From Candidatus Bathyarchaeota archaeon (lineage in GTDB: Archaea > Thermoproteota > Bathyarchaeia > Bathyarchaeales > Bathycorpusculaceae): a stretch of 64,000 nt of DNA. The stretch spans positions 320,001 to 384,000 of the forward strand of contig CAWEPZ010000009.1 of NCBI GenBank assembly GCA_963811105.1, written 5' to 3'. Position 1 is the first letter of the stretch. Each line of letters begins with the position of its first letter. Shown here in pieces: positions 42,123-51,144 of the stretch. A program made the translations under genes and the position numbers. The notes beneath the pieces are model-generated. The model saw nothing but the letters and a program-made list of their open reading frames with translations. It searched no databases and was not told the DNA's origin.

Positions 42123-43895
42123 ATGGATTACTTGGTCATAGCAGACGAATACGAAAAAATCGAGGCCACCACTAAACGTTTAGAAATGACCGATTTGTTG
42201 GTCGGCTTACTAAAAAATACGCCGACAGAGGTCATTTCGAAGGTTGTTTATTTAACTCAGGGAAAGCTCTACCCAGACTTCATGGGCATCGAAATGGGTA
42301 TCGCTGAAAAACTTGCAATAAAAGCGCTTGCCCGAGCGTCAGGCCAAAGCGAAAGTGTAATTCAAACTGAACTACAAAAAAGCGGAGACATTGGGCAAAC
42401 GTCAGAAAAACTTTTAGCTAAACGTAAACAATCGACTTTTTTCAGCCGAAAACTAACGGTGGAACATGTTTATGAGACACTGGATAAAATGGCCAAAACC
42501 TCAGGCTCAGGCGCAGTCGACACCAAAATGGCGCTTCTTTGCAGCCTTTTAACCGACGCTTCGCCCAGAGAGGCAAAATGGATAATTCGTACCGTCACAA
42601 GCAATTTGCGCCTAGGCGTTGCAGATATGACGGTGCTTGAAGCGTTGGCTATCGCGTACGGCGGCGGAAAACAATCACGCGAACTCATTGAACGGGCATA
42701 CAACATCTCCTCCGATTTAGGCAGAGTTGCAAACGTAGTTGTCGAGAAAGGCATAGACGGCATCAAGAATTTCAAAGTCATGGTTTTTGAACCTATTAGA
42801 CCCATGCTTGCAGAACGGTTAGCTTCACCCGAGGAGATTTTGGAAAAACTTGGCGGAAAATGCATAGCCGAATACAAATATGATGGAGAAAGAGTACAAG
42901 CGCATAAAAAAGACAACAAAGTCATCTTATTCTCTCGTCGCTTAGAAAACATTTCCAGCCAATACCCTGACGCGGTGGAATTAATTAAAGAAAAAATTGA
43001 TGCAAAAGAAGCCATTCTGGAAGCAGAATGCGTCGCAATGGACTTGGAAACAGGAGATATGCGTCCATTTCAGGAATTGATGCACCGAAGACGCAAATAC
43101 GGAGTTGAAGCAGCCATAGAGCAGTATCCCATTTCGCTCTTCCCATTTGACCTCCTCTATGCAGATGGCAAAGACTTTACCCTTGAGCCTCAACCTCGTA
43201 GACGAAAGGAACTACAACAAATCGTAAAACAAACTGACCGAGTTACACCAGCTATTCAAAAGCTTGTCAATAACTCAAAGGAACTTGAAAACTTCTTTGA
43301 GGAAGCTATCGAGAAAGGCTGTGAAGGCTTAATGTGCAAATCAGTCGCCAAAGACTCATGTTACCAAGCCGGGAGCCGCGGTTGGCTTTGGATAAAATAT
43401 AAGCGCGACTATAAGAGCGAAATGACTGACACTGTGGATCTTGTGGTCGTTGGAGCTTTTCACGGCAGAGGCAAGCGCGTTGGAACCTACGGTGCCCTGC
43501 TTTTAGCAACATACAATAAAGAAAAAGACACATTTGAAACCGTAACAAAATGCGGCACTGGCTTCACAGACAAAGACCTAATACAGCTCAGAGATACGCT
43601 TGCCAAACATGTCATTCCTCGCAAAAACAGCCGCGTTCAATCAATGCTTGAAGCAGATGTGTGGTTTGAACCCAGCGTGGTACTTGAGATTTTAGGAGCA
43701 GAAATCACCCTAAGCCCCATCCACATGTGCGCCATGGATTCAATACGCAAAGGCAGTGGCTTAGCAATCCGTTTTCCGCGTTTCACGGGCAAATACCGAA
43801 CCGACAAAGCTCCGGAGGATGCAACTTCCTCAAATGAGATTCTTGAAATGTACCGAGGCCAACTAAAAAAAATAAGTGACACCACAGGAACATAG
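42123..43895 (+). CDS. lig: ATP-dependent DNA ligase
   Basis: EYKYDGER, EGLMCK, WIKYKRDY, IRFPRF. Confidence 0.97.
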   Translation: MDYLVIADEYEKIEATTKRLEMTDLLVGLLKNTPTEVISKVVYLTQGKLYPDFMGIEMGIAEKLAIKALARASGQSESVIQTELQKSGDIGQTSEKLLAKRKQSTFFSRKLTVEHVYETLDKMAKTSGSGAVDTKMALLCSLLTDASPREAKWIIRTVTSNLRLGVADMTVLEALAIAYGGGKQSRELIERAYNISSDLGRVANVVVEKGIDGIKNFKVMVFEPIRPMLAERLASPEEILEKLGGKCIAEYKYDGERVQAHKKDNKVILFSRRLENISSQYPDAVELIKEKIDAKEAILEAECVAMDLETGDMRPFQELMHRRRKYGVEAAIEQYPISLFPFDLLYADGKDFTLEPQPRRRKELQQIVKQTDRVTPAIQKLVNNSKELENFFEEAIEKGCEGLMCKSVAKDSCYQAGSRGWLWIKYKRDYKSEMTDTVDLVVVGAFHGRGKRVGTYGALLLATYNKEKDTFETVTKCGTGFTDKDLIQLRDTLAKHVIPRKNSRVQSMLEADVWFEPSVVLEILGAEITLSPIHMCAMDSIRKGSGLAIRFPRFTGKYRTDKAPEDATSSNEILEMYRGQLKKISDTTGT

Positions 43896-43942
43896 GAAAA
43901 GCTAAAACTGATAAGCAGCAAATCGCTAAATACACAATAGAC

Positions 43943-44560
43943 GTGACTGCTTTGGCTCAAGACACAGAAAAAATGAAATCACTTATAGCATTCAAAAAGC
44001 GCCTAGAGGAACAACTAGAAAAACTAACTGCAGAAACTAAAGAGGTCCAAGCAGCTTTAGAAACGGTTAATGGTATTTTACTTGAAAAAGGCTTCAGACG
44101 CGGAGACATAAAAGAAGTTTCTGAAGCGCCTGTGCCTAAAGAGGTTGTTTTGCCAAAACAAGAGCCGCAAGCACCAAAACCAGTCATTTTGCATGCGGCT
44201 GAGGAGGAAAGCGTTATTCCGTTGAAAACAATGTCTGAAGAGCCACTGGCTTTGATTTGTTTTGATAAGCAAGGAATGCATGTGTTGCCCGATGAAAGCA
44301 AGAATTTTAGTGTCAACACACCGCCCTTCAGCAATTTTCTTGTAGAAAAAGTCTTCGCTAAAATGCAGGAAAAAGACACTGAACTGGTAAGAACAAAACA
44401 GCTAGCAGCAGACAAAATGTTCTCTTACAACATTGTCCGTGAAGGCGAACATATACGAGAAATAGTAATCCGCAACGTCGATGAGGAACGCCTCAAAGAA
44501 CTCAAATCGAGTATCCGTTGGACTTTCGAAAAAATGTACGAAAAAATGAAAAGTTCCTAA
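43943..44560 (+). CDS. Hypothetical protein (N-terminal coiled coil)
   Basis: 205-aa ORF co-oriented after lig. Confidence 0.7.
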   Translation: MTALAQDTEKMKSLIAFKKRLEEQLEKLTAETKEVQAALETVNGILLEKGFRRGDIKEVSEAPVPKEVVLPKQEPQAPKPVILHAAEEESVIPLKTMSEEPLALICFDKQGMHVLPDESKNFSVNTPPFSNFLVEKVFAKMQEKDTELVRTKQLAADKMFSYNIVREGEHIREIVIRNVDEERLKELKSSIRWTFEKMYEKMKSS

Positions 44561-44561
44561 G

Positions 44562-44888
44562 CTAAACTGAATGTTTGCTTATAGTGTCAGCTATTCTGTT
44601 TTTTGGGCACAAACCCACAAGCCTATCAGCTTCCACACCATTTTTAAAAACTATCATTGTAGGTATGCTGAAAACTTGGAAGCGCGATGCTGTCGCTGAA
44701 TTCTCATCAACATCCAACTTGCCAATTAGGACTTTACCACTATTCTCTTTGGCTAATTCCTCAATTGTTGGAGCCAAAGCTCTGCAGGGACCACACCAAC
44801 TAGCCCAAAAATCAACAAATACCAACTTGTTCTTCTTAATTGTCTCATCAAAATTAGCGTCTGTTAAATGAAACGGTTGAATACTCAT
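44562..44888 (-). CDS. trxA: Thioredoxin
   Basis: DFWASWCGPC. Confidence 0.96.
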   Translation of the reverse strand: MSIQPFHLTDANFDETIKKNKLVFVDFWASWCGPCRALAPTIEELAKENSGKVLIGKLDVDENSATASRFQVFSIPTMIVFKNGVEADRLVGLCPKNRIADTISKHSV

Positions 44889-45014
44889 TTTTTTAACTCC
44901 TTCTAAACACTTAGTAATTTAATTTACGTTGATATAAACCGTTCGTGAACGTTAAAAGCACCAGCCAAATTATCAGAATTTGGGGCATTGAATTAGTCAA
45001 GGAAGCAACATATG

Positions 45015-46223
45015 CTAGAAACTTACAAAGTTAAACTTGATTATCGAAACTACGCCCCACAAATTAACTAGCAAACTAAGTATTATCAGAGCTTTTTCTG
45101 GCCAACCTATGTTTTCTCTCATGCCTTTGGCCGTCAGCAAAATGAGGAATGGCGTAAAATCAAGGCTGAAGCGATAACCAAACTGGGTAAACCCTACTGT
45201 GCCATGAGTAATTATTGGAGGGAGAATGCAAAGTACTGCTAGGGCTGAATATTTGCTTAGTTTATTCCAAGGACCTTTGAAAATGAAGATGAACGCTGGG
45301 GTGGTTAAGAAAAGGCCTAGTCCCATCCAGTTAGGCTCGATGTACGGGAAATGATTGAGGAAGATTGGGCCTTGCAGGAAAATTGCATATAGGTGTCGTG
45401 GGACGTAGGCGATGTTGAAGATCCCCTGCTGGAAAAATGGGTCCTGCTGTATTCCAGGTATCAGACCATAACCTAAATCCAGAATTGTTCCCCATCTGGC
45501 AACATTGTACATTAAATATAGAGAAACTGGTATCGCTAAGCCTATGAAAAAAATGGCTGCTTGCTTAAGTCTTGGTTTCCAAGCGTTATTTCGCTCGTAT
45601 ATCAGAAAAAGAAAAAATGGAAAAGCTAAAGCGGTAGGCAGCCGAGCCAACGTAGAAAAACCAAGCAATAAACCGACTAAAACATAACTTTTCTTATACA
45701 AAGCTACCAAAATGGCGGATGTTAGGAAAAGAACCGCAACGACTTCAGCTATATACCATGATGTACCAACTGACGCAATAAACCAGAAACAAGTGCCGAA
45801 GCCTAAAAGAAAGGACAGCCACAATGCTTTGTTTCCGTTTGAACCTGTTTTCTTAAGCATCAGCCAAGTTAGAGAAATGCATAAGCTGGCAAGCATTATT
45901 GACATGAGGCTTTCGTCGAAACCTGTTCCAAAAGCTGCGACAAACGGCATGAGAAGGATGGCGGGCATAGGCGGATAGACCACATAAAAGTTGCCGTTGC
46001 GAGGAACCACTTCCTGCAGCGAGATTCCGCCGCCTGAAAGGCCTAGCCTCCCATGGAGAAAAGCGTCAGCTAAATACACGAAATGGTTCTGGCCTGGAGG
46101 TGGCCCTTTGGTGAGCACAAAAATGAAGAATGATATTAGCGCAATTAGAATGAACTTCTGAATAGTGCCCAAAGACGCTATTCTGTCAAATGCACGCTGC
46201 ATAAGTGGCCTAACCTTGTTCAT
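45015..46223 (-). CDS. Polytopic membrane protein, probable GT-C fold glycosyltransferase
   Basis: About 10 TMs; YLADAFLHG, YPPMPAILLMPF, STLARLP, GYRFSLDF. Confidence 0.65.
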   Translation of the reverse strand: MNKVRPLMQRAFDRIASLGTIQKFILIALISFFIFVLTKGPPPGQNHFVYLADAFLHGRLGLSGGGISLQEVVPRNGNFYVVYPPMPAILLMPFVAAFGTGFDESLMSIMLASLCISLTWLMLKKTGSNGNKALWLSFLLGFGTCFWFIASVGTSWYIAEVVAVLFLTSAILVALYKKSYVLVGLLLGFSTLARLPTALAFPFFLFLIYERNNAWKPRLKQAAIFFIGLAIPVSLYLMYNVARWGTILDLGYGLIPGIQQDPFFQQGIFNIAYVPRHLYAIFLQGPIFLNHFPYIEPNWMGLGLFLTTPAFIFIFKGPWNKLSKYSALAVLCILPPIITHGTVGFTQFGYRFSLDFTPFLILLTAKGMRENIGWPEKALIILSLLVNLWGVVSIIKFNFVSF

Positions 46224-46317
46224 TGGGTGTAACCTAGCAACTGTTTAATTTGGAACACAAGAAATTTAAGTCTTATCAGCCTCGATGGAATTACACAATG
46301 CTTTTACTTAGGAGAAA

Positions 46318-46749
46318 TCATTTGCAGGGCTTCATTTTAGCCAACAAAGCTTTGAATGCACCGTAAGAATCTTTTGGGTCAGATATATCCGCGGCAGCCT
46401 TTTCAAACGGACACACACCAGCCTTGTTTAAATCAAGCACGTTATCTACCATCTGCTGCCACTCGGAGGCGATGTGATATTCCTCGAAAAGCGCTTGAGC
46501 TTTCTTGCTTAAAACCTCAGCATAAACCTCATTCACCCCAGCGTAAACACAGAGCAGCGCTAAAGCTTTTCCAGCGACACGATCCGCTACTGAAGCCCCC
46601 CTTAGTTGGGCGCCCAAAGTGTCTATTGCATGGATAAAACCAGAGATTCGATGGGAATCCGTTTGGAACAGCACTTGACCGTCTTTTGCTATGGCAAGCG
46701 TTAGCTTCTTATCATAGAGGTGGTTTTTGGCTATTTCTAGGTCTTGCAT
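46318..46749 (-). CDS. DUF1893 (TM1506-like) protein
   Basis: ASVADRVAGKALALL..VYAEVLSKKA...CPFEKA. Confidence 0.85.
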   Translation of the reverse strand: MQDLEIAKNHLYDKKLTLAIAKDGQVLFQTDSHRISGFIHAIDTLGAQLRGASVADRVAGKALALLCVYAGVNEVYAEVLSKKAQALFEEYHIASEWQQMVDNVLDLNKAGVCPFEKAAADISDPKDSYGAFKALLAKMKPCK

Positions 46750-46799
46750 GATTCTTCACTGAATTCAACGTTGGGCATCTAAAAACAATATTGGTTTCA

Positions 46800-47237
46800 T
46801 CACTCAAGCTCAATATTGAATAAGTCTTTTCCAGATAATTCGGCGAGTTGCCAAGCGAATGCTTCATCCAGTTTGTCTTGTTTTCGCTTTTGTTCCAGTT
46901 GCTCAATGAACTGTTCAGTAAGCGTTATTTTCACTGCTTTAGAATCTCTTTCTTTTAAAAAGATTGCTTGAATGGTCTGTGAGTTTCTGAATTGGAGTCT
47001 TTGATTTCCGACTGTACAGGTTGTTGACACTTGTATGCCGTCTAACAAACAGGAATATGGCGGATGCACCGGCACATTAATATCTGCTATCAAATGGGTG
47101 AATTCTGCGTCGGGAATATTTAGAGCCTCTTTGGCTGCATTCCCCATTTTTAAGCCTATAACTAAATATGGTCCTACGTGTCCGTGGAGTTTGCGTGCAT
47201 ATTCGATTGCTGCCGTGAGTTCATTTGGTTTTGACAT
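46800..47237 (-). CDS. fmdE: FmdE family metal-binding protein
   Basis: LHGHVGPYLVIG, SCLLDGIQVSTTCTVGN. Confidence 0.88.
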   Translation of the reverse strand: MSKPNELTAAIEYARKLHGHVGPYLVIGLKMGNAAKEALNIPDAEFTHLIADINVPVHPPYSCLLDGIQVSTTCTVGNQRLQFRNSQTIQAIFLKERDSKAVKITLTEQFIEQLEQKRKQDKLDEAFAWQLAELSGKDLFNIELE

Positions 47238-47244
47238 TTCTCCA

Positions 47245-48331
47245 TCACGTCTGGGTTGTGTTGGCGCTTAATGGAGATTGCGGTGCCTGCTTGAATGGGT
47301 CTAGTTTGTTGTATTGTTTGTATTGCCAGTAGCTAGTAAGAAGCCAGCCAAGACGCAATGAAGATTGCTATGATACCGAAACCTATCATTTCAAAATTCA
47401 GTGTATTTAGCCAGTTCCAGAATAGCCCACTAAAGTTTAGTTCGCTTGAGAGCACTTGCAAGAGTTCGATTGTGCCGATTGCCCACGCTACAAGGACGGA
47501 AATTACAGTGACTGTCAAGTTATAGTATATCTTGCGTACGGGGTTTAGGAAGGCCCAGCCGTAAGCTACTCTCATGGCAACGCCATCTGCGGTGTCTACG
47601 GTAACCATACCGCAGGTGAACAGCAGAGGCAAAATCAGCACATAGTACAACGGAATGTTCGTGGAAACTCCGATTCCAACGCTTATGGCAATAAGGGCAA
47701 TTTCGCTTGCAGTATCGAAGCCTAATCCGAAGAGTAAGCCAACAGGGTAGATGTGCCAAGGTTTGCTTATAGCTTTGAAGAGTGGACGGAAGAAGCGGTT
47801 CATGAACCCTCTGTTTTCAAGCAAATTATCAAGCTCAGCCTGATTTAGTTTGCCTTGTTTTAGGGTTTGGAAGATCTTGTAAATGCCAATGACGATGACG
47901 GCATTGATGAATCCGATGATCCAAAGAAAACTTCCTGAGACGAGTGTTCCAATTATTGCGCCTGCGCTTTGTAGGGCAGGTATGTCAGCGGCAACCGTGC
48001 GACTTGCAACTATCAAACCTATGATGAGGGCAACAACTACCGTTGAGTGCCCAAGGGAAAACCACATACCAACAGTAATTGGGCGTTTTCCTTCTTGCAT
48101 AAGTTTTCTTGTAGTGTTATCAATAGCTGCAATATGGTCGGCGTCAACGCCATGGCGTAAACCAAAAACGTATGCTACTATTCCTAGGCCTGCCAGAACT
48201 ACAGCAATTTTTCCAATTATGAATGCTGCAGAGAAGCCAACTGCTGTAATTGCGAGTAGAGTTGTAAAGATTATAGCTATTTTGACTTTTTCATTTCGAC
48301 TAAGGGCGTGAGTAGCGTTTTTTTCTGCCAT
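47245..48331 (-). CDS. nixA: HoxN/NixA high-affinity Ni/Co transporter (+1 frameshift at ~47335 cuts the C-terminal tail)
   Basis: GLRHGVDADHIAAIDN, FSLGHSTVV, LFGLGFDTASE. As assembled it stops at 47333; the shifted frame continues YWQYKQYNKL to 47245. Confidence 0.92.
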
Positions 48332-48333
48332 GC

Positions 48334-48363
48334 AGTAACACTTTCCTTGCAATTCGTGTTACT
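48334..48363. promoter_or_regulatory. NikR operator
   Basis: AGTAACAC-N14-GTGTTACT (GTAACA-N16-TGTTAC, the NikR spacing) between the nixA TATA box (~48369-48376) and its ATG. Confidence 0.85.
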
Positions 48364-48415
48364 AATCATATAAAAGCTTTTAGGCACAATAAACAACTTT
48401 CATGCCGTGACATAA

Positions 48416-48823
48416 ATGTCTAAAGTCGCACGAATAGGAGTAACAATTCCGCCTGAACTACTCAAAGACTTTGATGAAATAATATACAAAATGGGTTATG
48501 AAAGCCGCAGCAAAGCTGTGCAAGACGCTATTACTCTGTATGTTTCAGAGCGGAAATGGCTAAAAGAACAAGACGCCGTTCAAACAGGCATCATACTTAT
48601 GGTTTTCGACCATGACGTGAAAGGACTTGAAACTGAACTAACCGAAACACAGCACGAACACTCTTCATTAATTACTTCAACTATGCATATTCATATTAGC
48701 GAACGAGATTGCTTAGAAGCCATAGCGGTTAAAGGCAAAGCTTCAGAAATCCATCACTTAAGCGACGAGCTAACTACAAGAAGAGGAGTAAAAATCCTCA
48801 AAACAACAATTGTAACTGTTTAA
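48416..48823 (+). CDS. nikR: Nickel-responsive regulator
   Basis: RHH domain RIGVTI..SRSKAVQDA; Ni ligands QHEH and MHIH..DCLE. Confidence 0.95.
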   Translation: MSKVARIGVTIPPELLKDFDEIIYKMGYESRSKAVQDAITLYVSERKWLKEQDAVQTGIILMVFDHDVKGLETELTETQHEHSSLITSTMHIHISERDCLEAIAVKGKASEIHHLSDELTTRRGVKILKTTIVTV

Positions 48824-49725
48824 ACCTGAAACATTCGCTCCAAAGAACCGCGTGCCTTCTTTGCAACGGCTTCAGGAACCTTAACTACATGCTTCTCTTC
48901 TTTGAGTGCAGTATATAGCCTATCAAGCGTTGTGAGCTTCATGTTTGGGCATATAGCGCCTTCATAAGCTAAATAAAAATTTTTGTCCGAGTTCTCTTTC
49001 TGGAGACGATGAAGAATACCCTCCTCTGTACCGACAATGAAGTCTTTGGCGTTTGATTCTTTTGCGTAACGACACATTTTGGAGGTACTTCCAATAAAGT
49101 TTGCTACCGCGCGCATTTCAGAGCTACATTCAGGATGAACCATGACTGTGGCGCCTGGATACTTCATCTTCAAGACATTAACATCTTCAGGCTGGAAGAG
49201 CAAATGTGTTGGACAAAAGCCGTTATCAGGAATCGGAATCAAAGTTTTCCCTGTTTTTTCGGAAACGTATTCAGCTAGATTGTGGTCGGGGCCGAACAGA
49301 ATTGTTTCGGCGTCTAAGGATTTTATTACTTCTACTGCGTTGGCGCTTGTGCAGCAAATATCACACTGCGCTTTACATGAAGCCAACGTGTTAACATACA
49401 AAACTACAGGAGCCTTTGGATGTTGAGCTTTAGCGCGTTTTATCTCGTCAACAGTAAGCATCTGCGCCATCGGACATCGCGCACCCAAACAGGGCAAAAG
49501 CACTTTTTTGTCTGGGTTAAGTATGGCAGCTGATTCCGCCATGAAATCCACAGCTGAGAAAACAATCATTTCAGCATCTTTTTCCTCAACCGCCTTGCGA
49601 CTCAACTCAATGCTGTCGCCAACATAGTCAGCTATATCTTGAATTTCTGACCTCTGGTAATTATGAGCTAAGATAACAGCTTTCTTTTCTTTTTTGAGCT
49701 TCAGGATTTTCCCAGTTAAATCCAT
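48820..49725 (-). CDS. nadA: Quinolinate synthase
   Basis: ILAHNYQ, FMAESA, CPMA, YVNT, HPEC, CPNMK. Confidence 0.96.
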   Translation of the reverse strand: MDLTGKILKLKKEKKAVILAHNYQRSEIQDIADYVGDSIELSRKAVEEKDAEMIVFSAVDFMAESAAILNPDKKVLLPCLGARCPMAQMLTVDEIKRAKAQHPKAPVVLYVNTLASCKAQCDICCTSANAVEVIKSLDAETILFGPDHNLAEYVSEKTGKTLIPIPDNGFCPTHLLFQPEDVNVLKMKYPGATVMVHPECSSEMRAVANFIGSTSKMCRYAKESNAKDFIVGTEEGILHRLQKENSDKNFYLAYEGAICPNMKLTTLDRLYTALKEEKHVVKVPEAVAKKARGSLERMFQV

Positions 49726-50103
49726 ATTTACGCCTATTCACCTTGAAATTGAAAAATAAAGAGGACAAGTTAACAGATATATGCTTTTACCTTCAGGAAG
49801 GATACTTTAATCTTAAATATGTCAAGAAAAATGAAAAAGTAACTTGTGACGCAGCTTTTCTCTTAAGGTTATTGAGCGTTTCCTCGCTTGAAAAAAACCG
49901 AAGTTTAATACAAACTTGCTCAGATAATTCCGCATAACTCGAATGCGATACCCAATTTCTGGACAATCATAAGAGGACTATCTACCCCCATTGGTAAATA
50001 CTTGAACAAGTTGTAGTCAAAATTAACTGTTATTTTATTGCCAGAACATCAAATCCAGAAATGCTAAAATTAGTCATCACATCATTCCTAAGGGTGCTTA
50101 GAT

Positions 50104-51144
50104 ATGCCTTATAACGAACTAAGAAAGGATTACCTACTAAACCGCTGGGTCGTAATTGCAACAGAGCGAAGCCGCAGACCCACCGATTTTGCGAAGCCAA
50201 GAAACGAAAGCGTCAAAGCAGCTGTTTGTCCGTTGTGTGTGGGCAATGAAAACATGACGCCACCAGCCTTACTACTATACTTGAAAGAGCCGAATGAAAT
50301 AACAAAAGCTGAAGACCCAGTGGATGGCGAGCGCCCAAAAAACTGGCTTGTACGAGGCATTCCAAACCTTTTCCCAGCATTCAATCCCCCAAAACAGGCT
50401 GAAGACCAAAAAGAAGTCATCAAAAGCGAAACATTGGCTAACGCAATTGGAGCTCATGAGGTTATTGTAGAATCACCCGACCACGATGAGGACCCAGCTG
50501 ACGCACAGCAACCTCAGTTGGAACTAGTTATCCAAGCATATGTGGATAGGCTTAGGGAGTTAAGCGCAAAATCCTATGTGAAGTATGTTTCAATTTTTAG
50601 AAATTATAGACAGGAAGCAGGCGCGTCACTTACTCATGCTCACAGCCAATTAATTGCAATGCCCATTGTTCCATCATTGATTCAAGAAGAATTTGATGCA
50701 AGCAAAACATATTACGAAAAAAATGGCAAATGCGTTTTCTGTGATATAATTGAGCAAGAAGCGAGGGGTCCAAGGCTTGTTTTGGAAAACTCTGAGTTTA
50801 TAGTTTTCACGCCTTATGCAAGTATTAACCCAATGGAGTTCTGGATTGTTCCAAAGAAGCACTCAGCAAACATCTTGAACCTAGACGATGACGAAATAAG
50901 CATTTTCGCTAAAACTCTCAAAGCCAGCCTTAAAGCCCTAAAAGACCTCGTAAATGACCCTCCATACAACTACGGTTTCCACTTAGCCATAAACAAAGAA
51001 GCCCAAGACCACTATCATTGGCACTTAGAGGTTTATCCCAAGCTGTCAATTTGGGCTGGCTTCGAAATAAGCACAGGAACATACATTAACACAGTAACGC
51101 CTGAAAACGCAGCCGAAAGCCTAAGAAAAACAATTCAGCCCTAA
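50104..51144 (+). CDS. galT: GalT-family sugar-1-phosphate nucleotidyltransferase
   Basis: ELRKDYL..WVVIATERSRRP, CPLC, PNLFPA, AGASLTHAHSQ. Confidence 0.88.
   Translation: MPYNELRKDYLLNRWVVIATERSRRPTDFAKPRNESVKAAVCPLCVGNENMTPPALLLYLKEPNEITKAEDPVDGERPKNWLVRGIPNLFPAFNPPKQAEDQKEVIKSETLANAIGAHEVIVESPDHDEDPADAQQPQLELVIQAYVDRLRELSAKSYVKYVSIFRNYRQEAGASLTHAHSQLIAMPIVPSLIQEEFDASKTYYEKNGKCVFCDIIEQEARGPRLVLENSEFIVFTPYASINPMEFWIVPKKHSANILNLDDDEISIFAKTLKASLKALKDLVNDPPYNYGFHLAINKEAQDHYHWHLEVYPKLSIWAGFEISTGTYINTVTPENAAESLRKTIQP

Noticed and set aside
37145-44415. Long antisense ORFs such as 37145-37714, 42470-43015 and 43957-44415
   Set aside because: They are shadows of better-supported genes on the opposite strand.
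47333-47335. Pyrrolysine or TAG readthrough in nixA
   Set aside because: The plausible continuation (YWQYKQY) is in the +1 frame, not in frame with the TAG.
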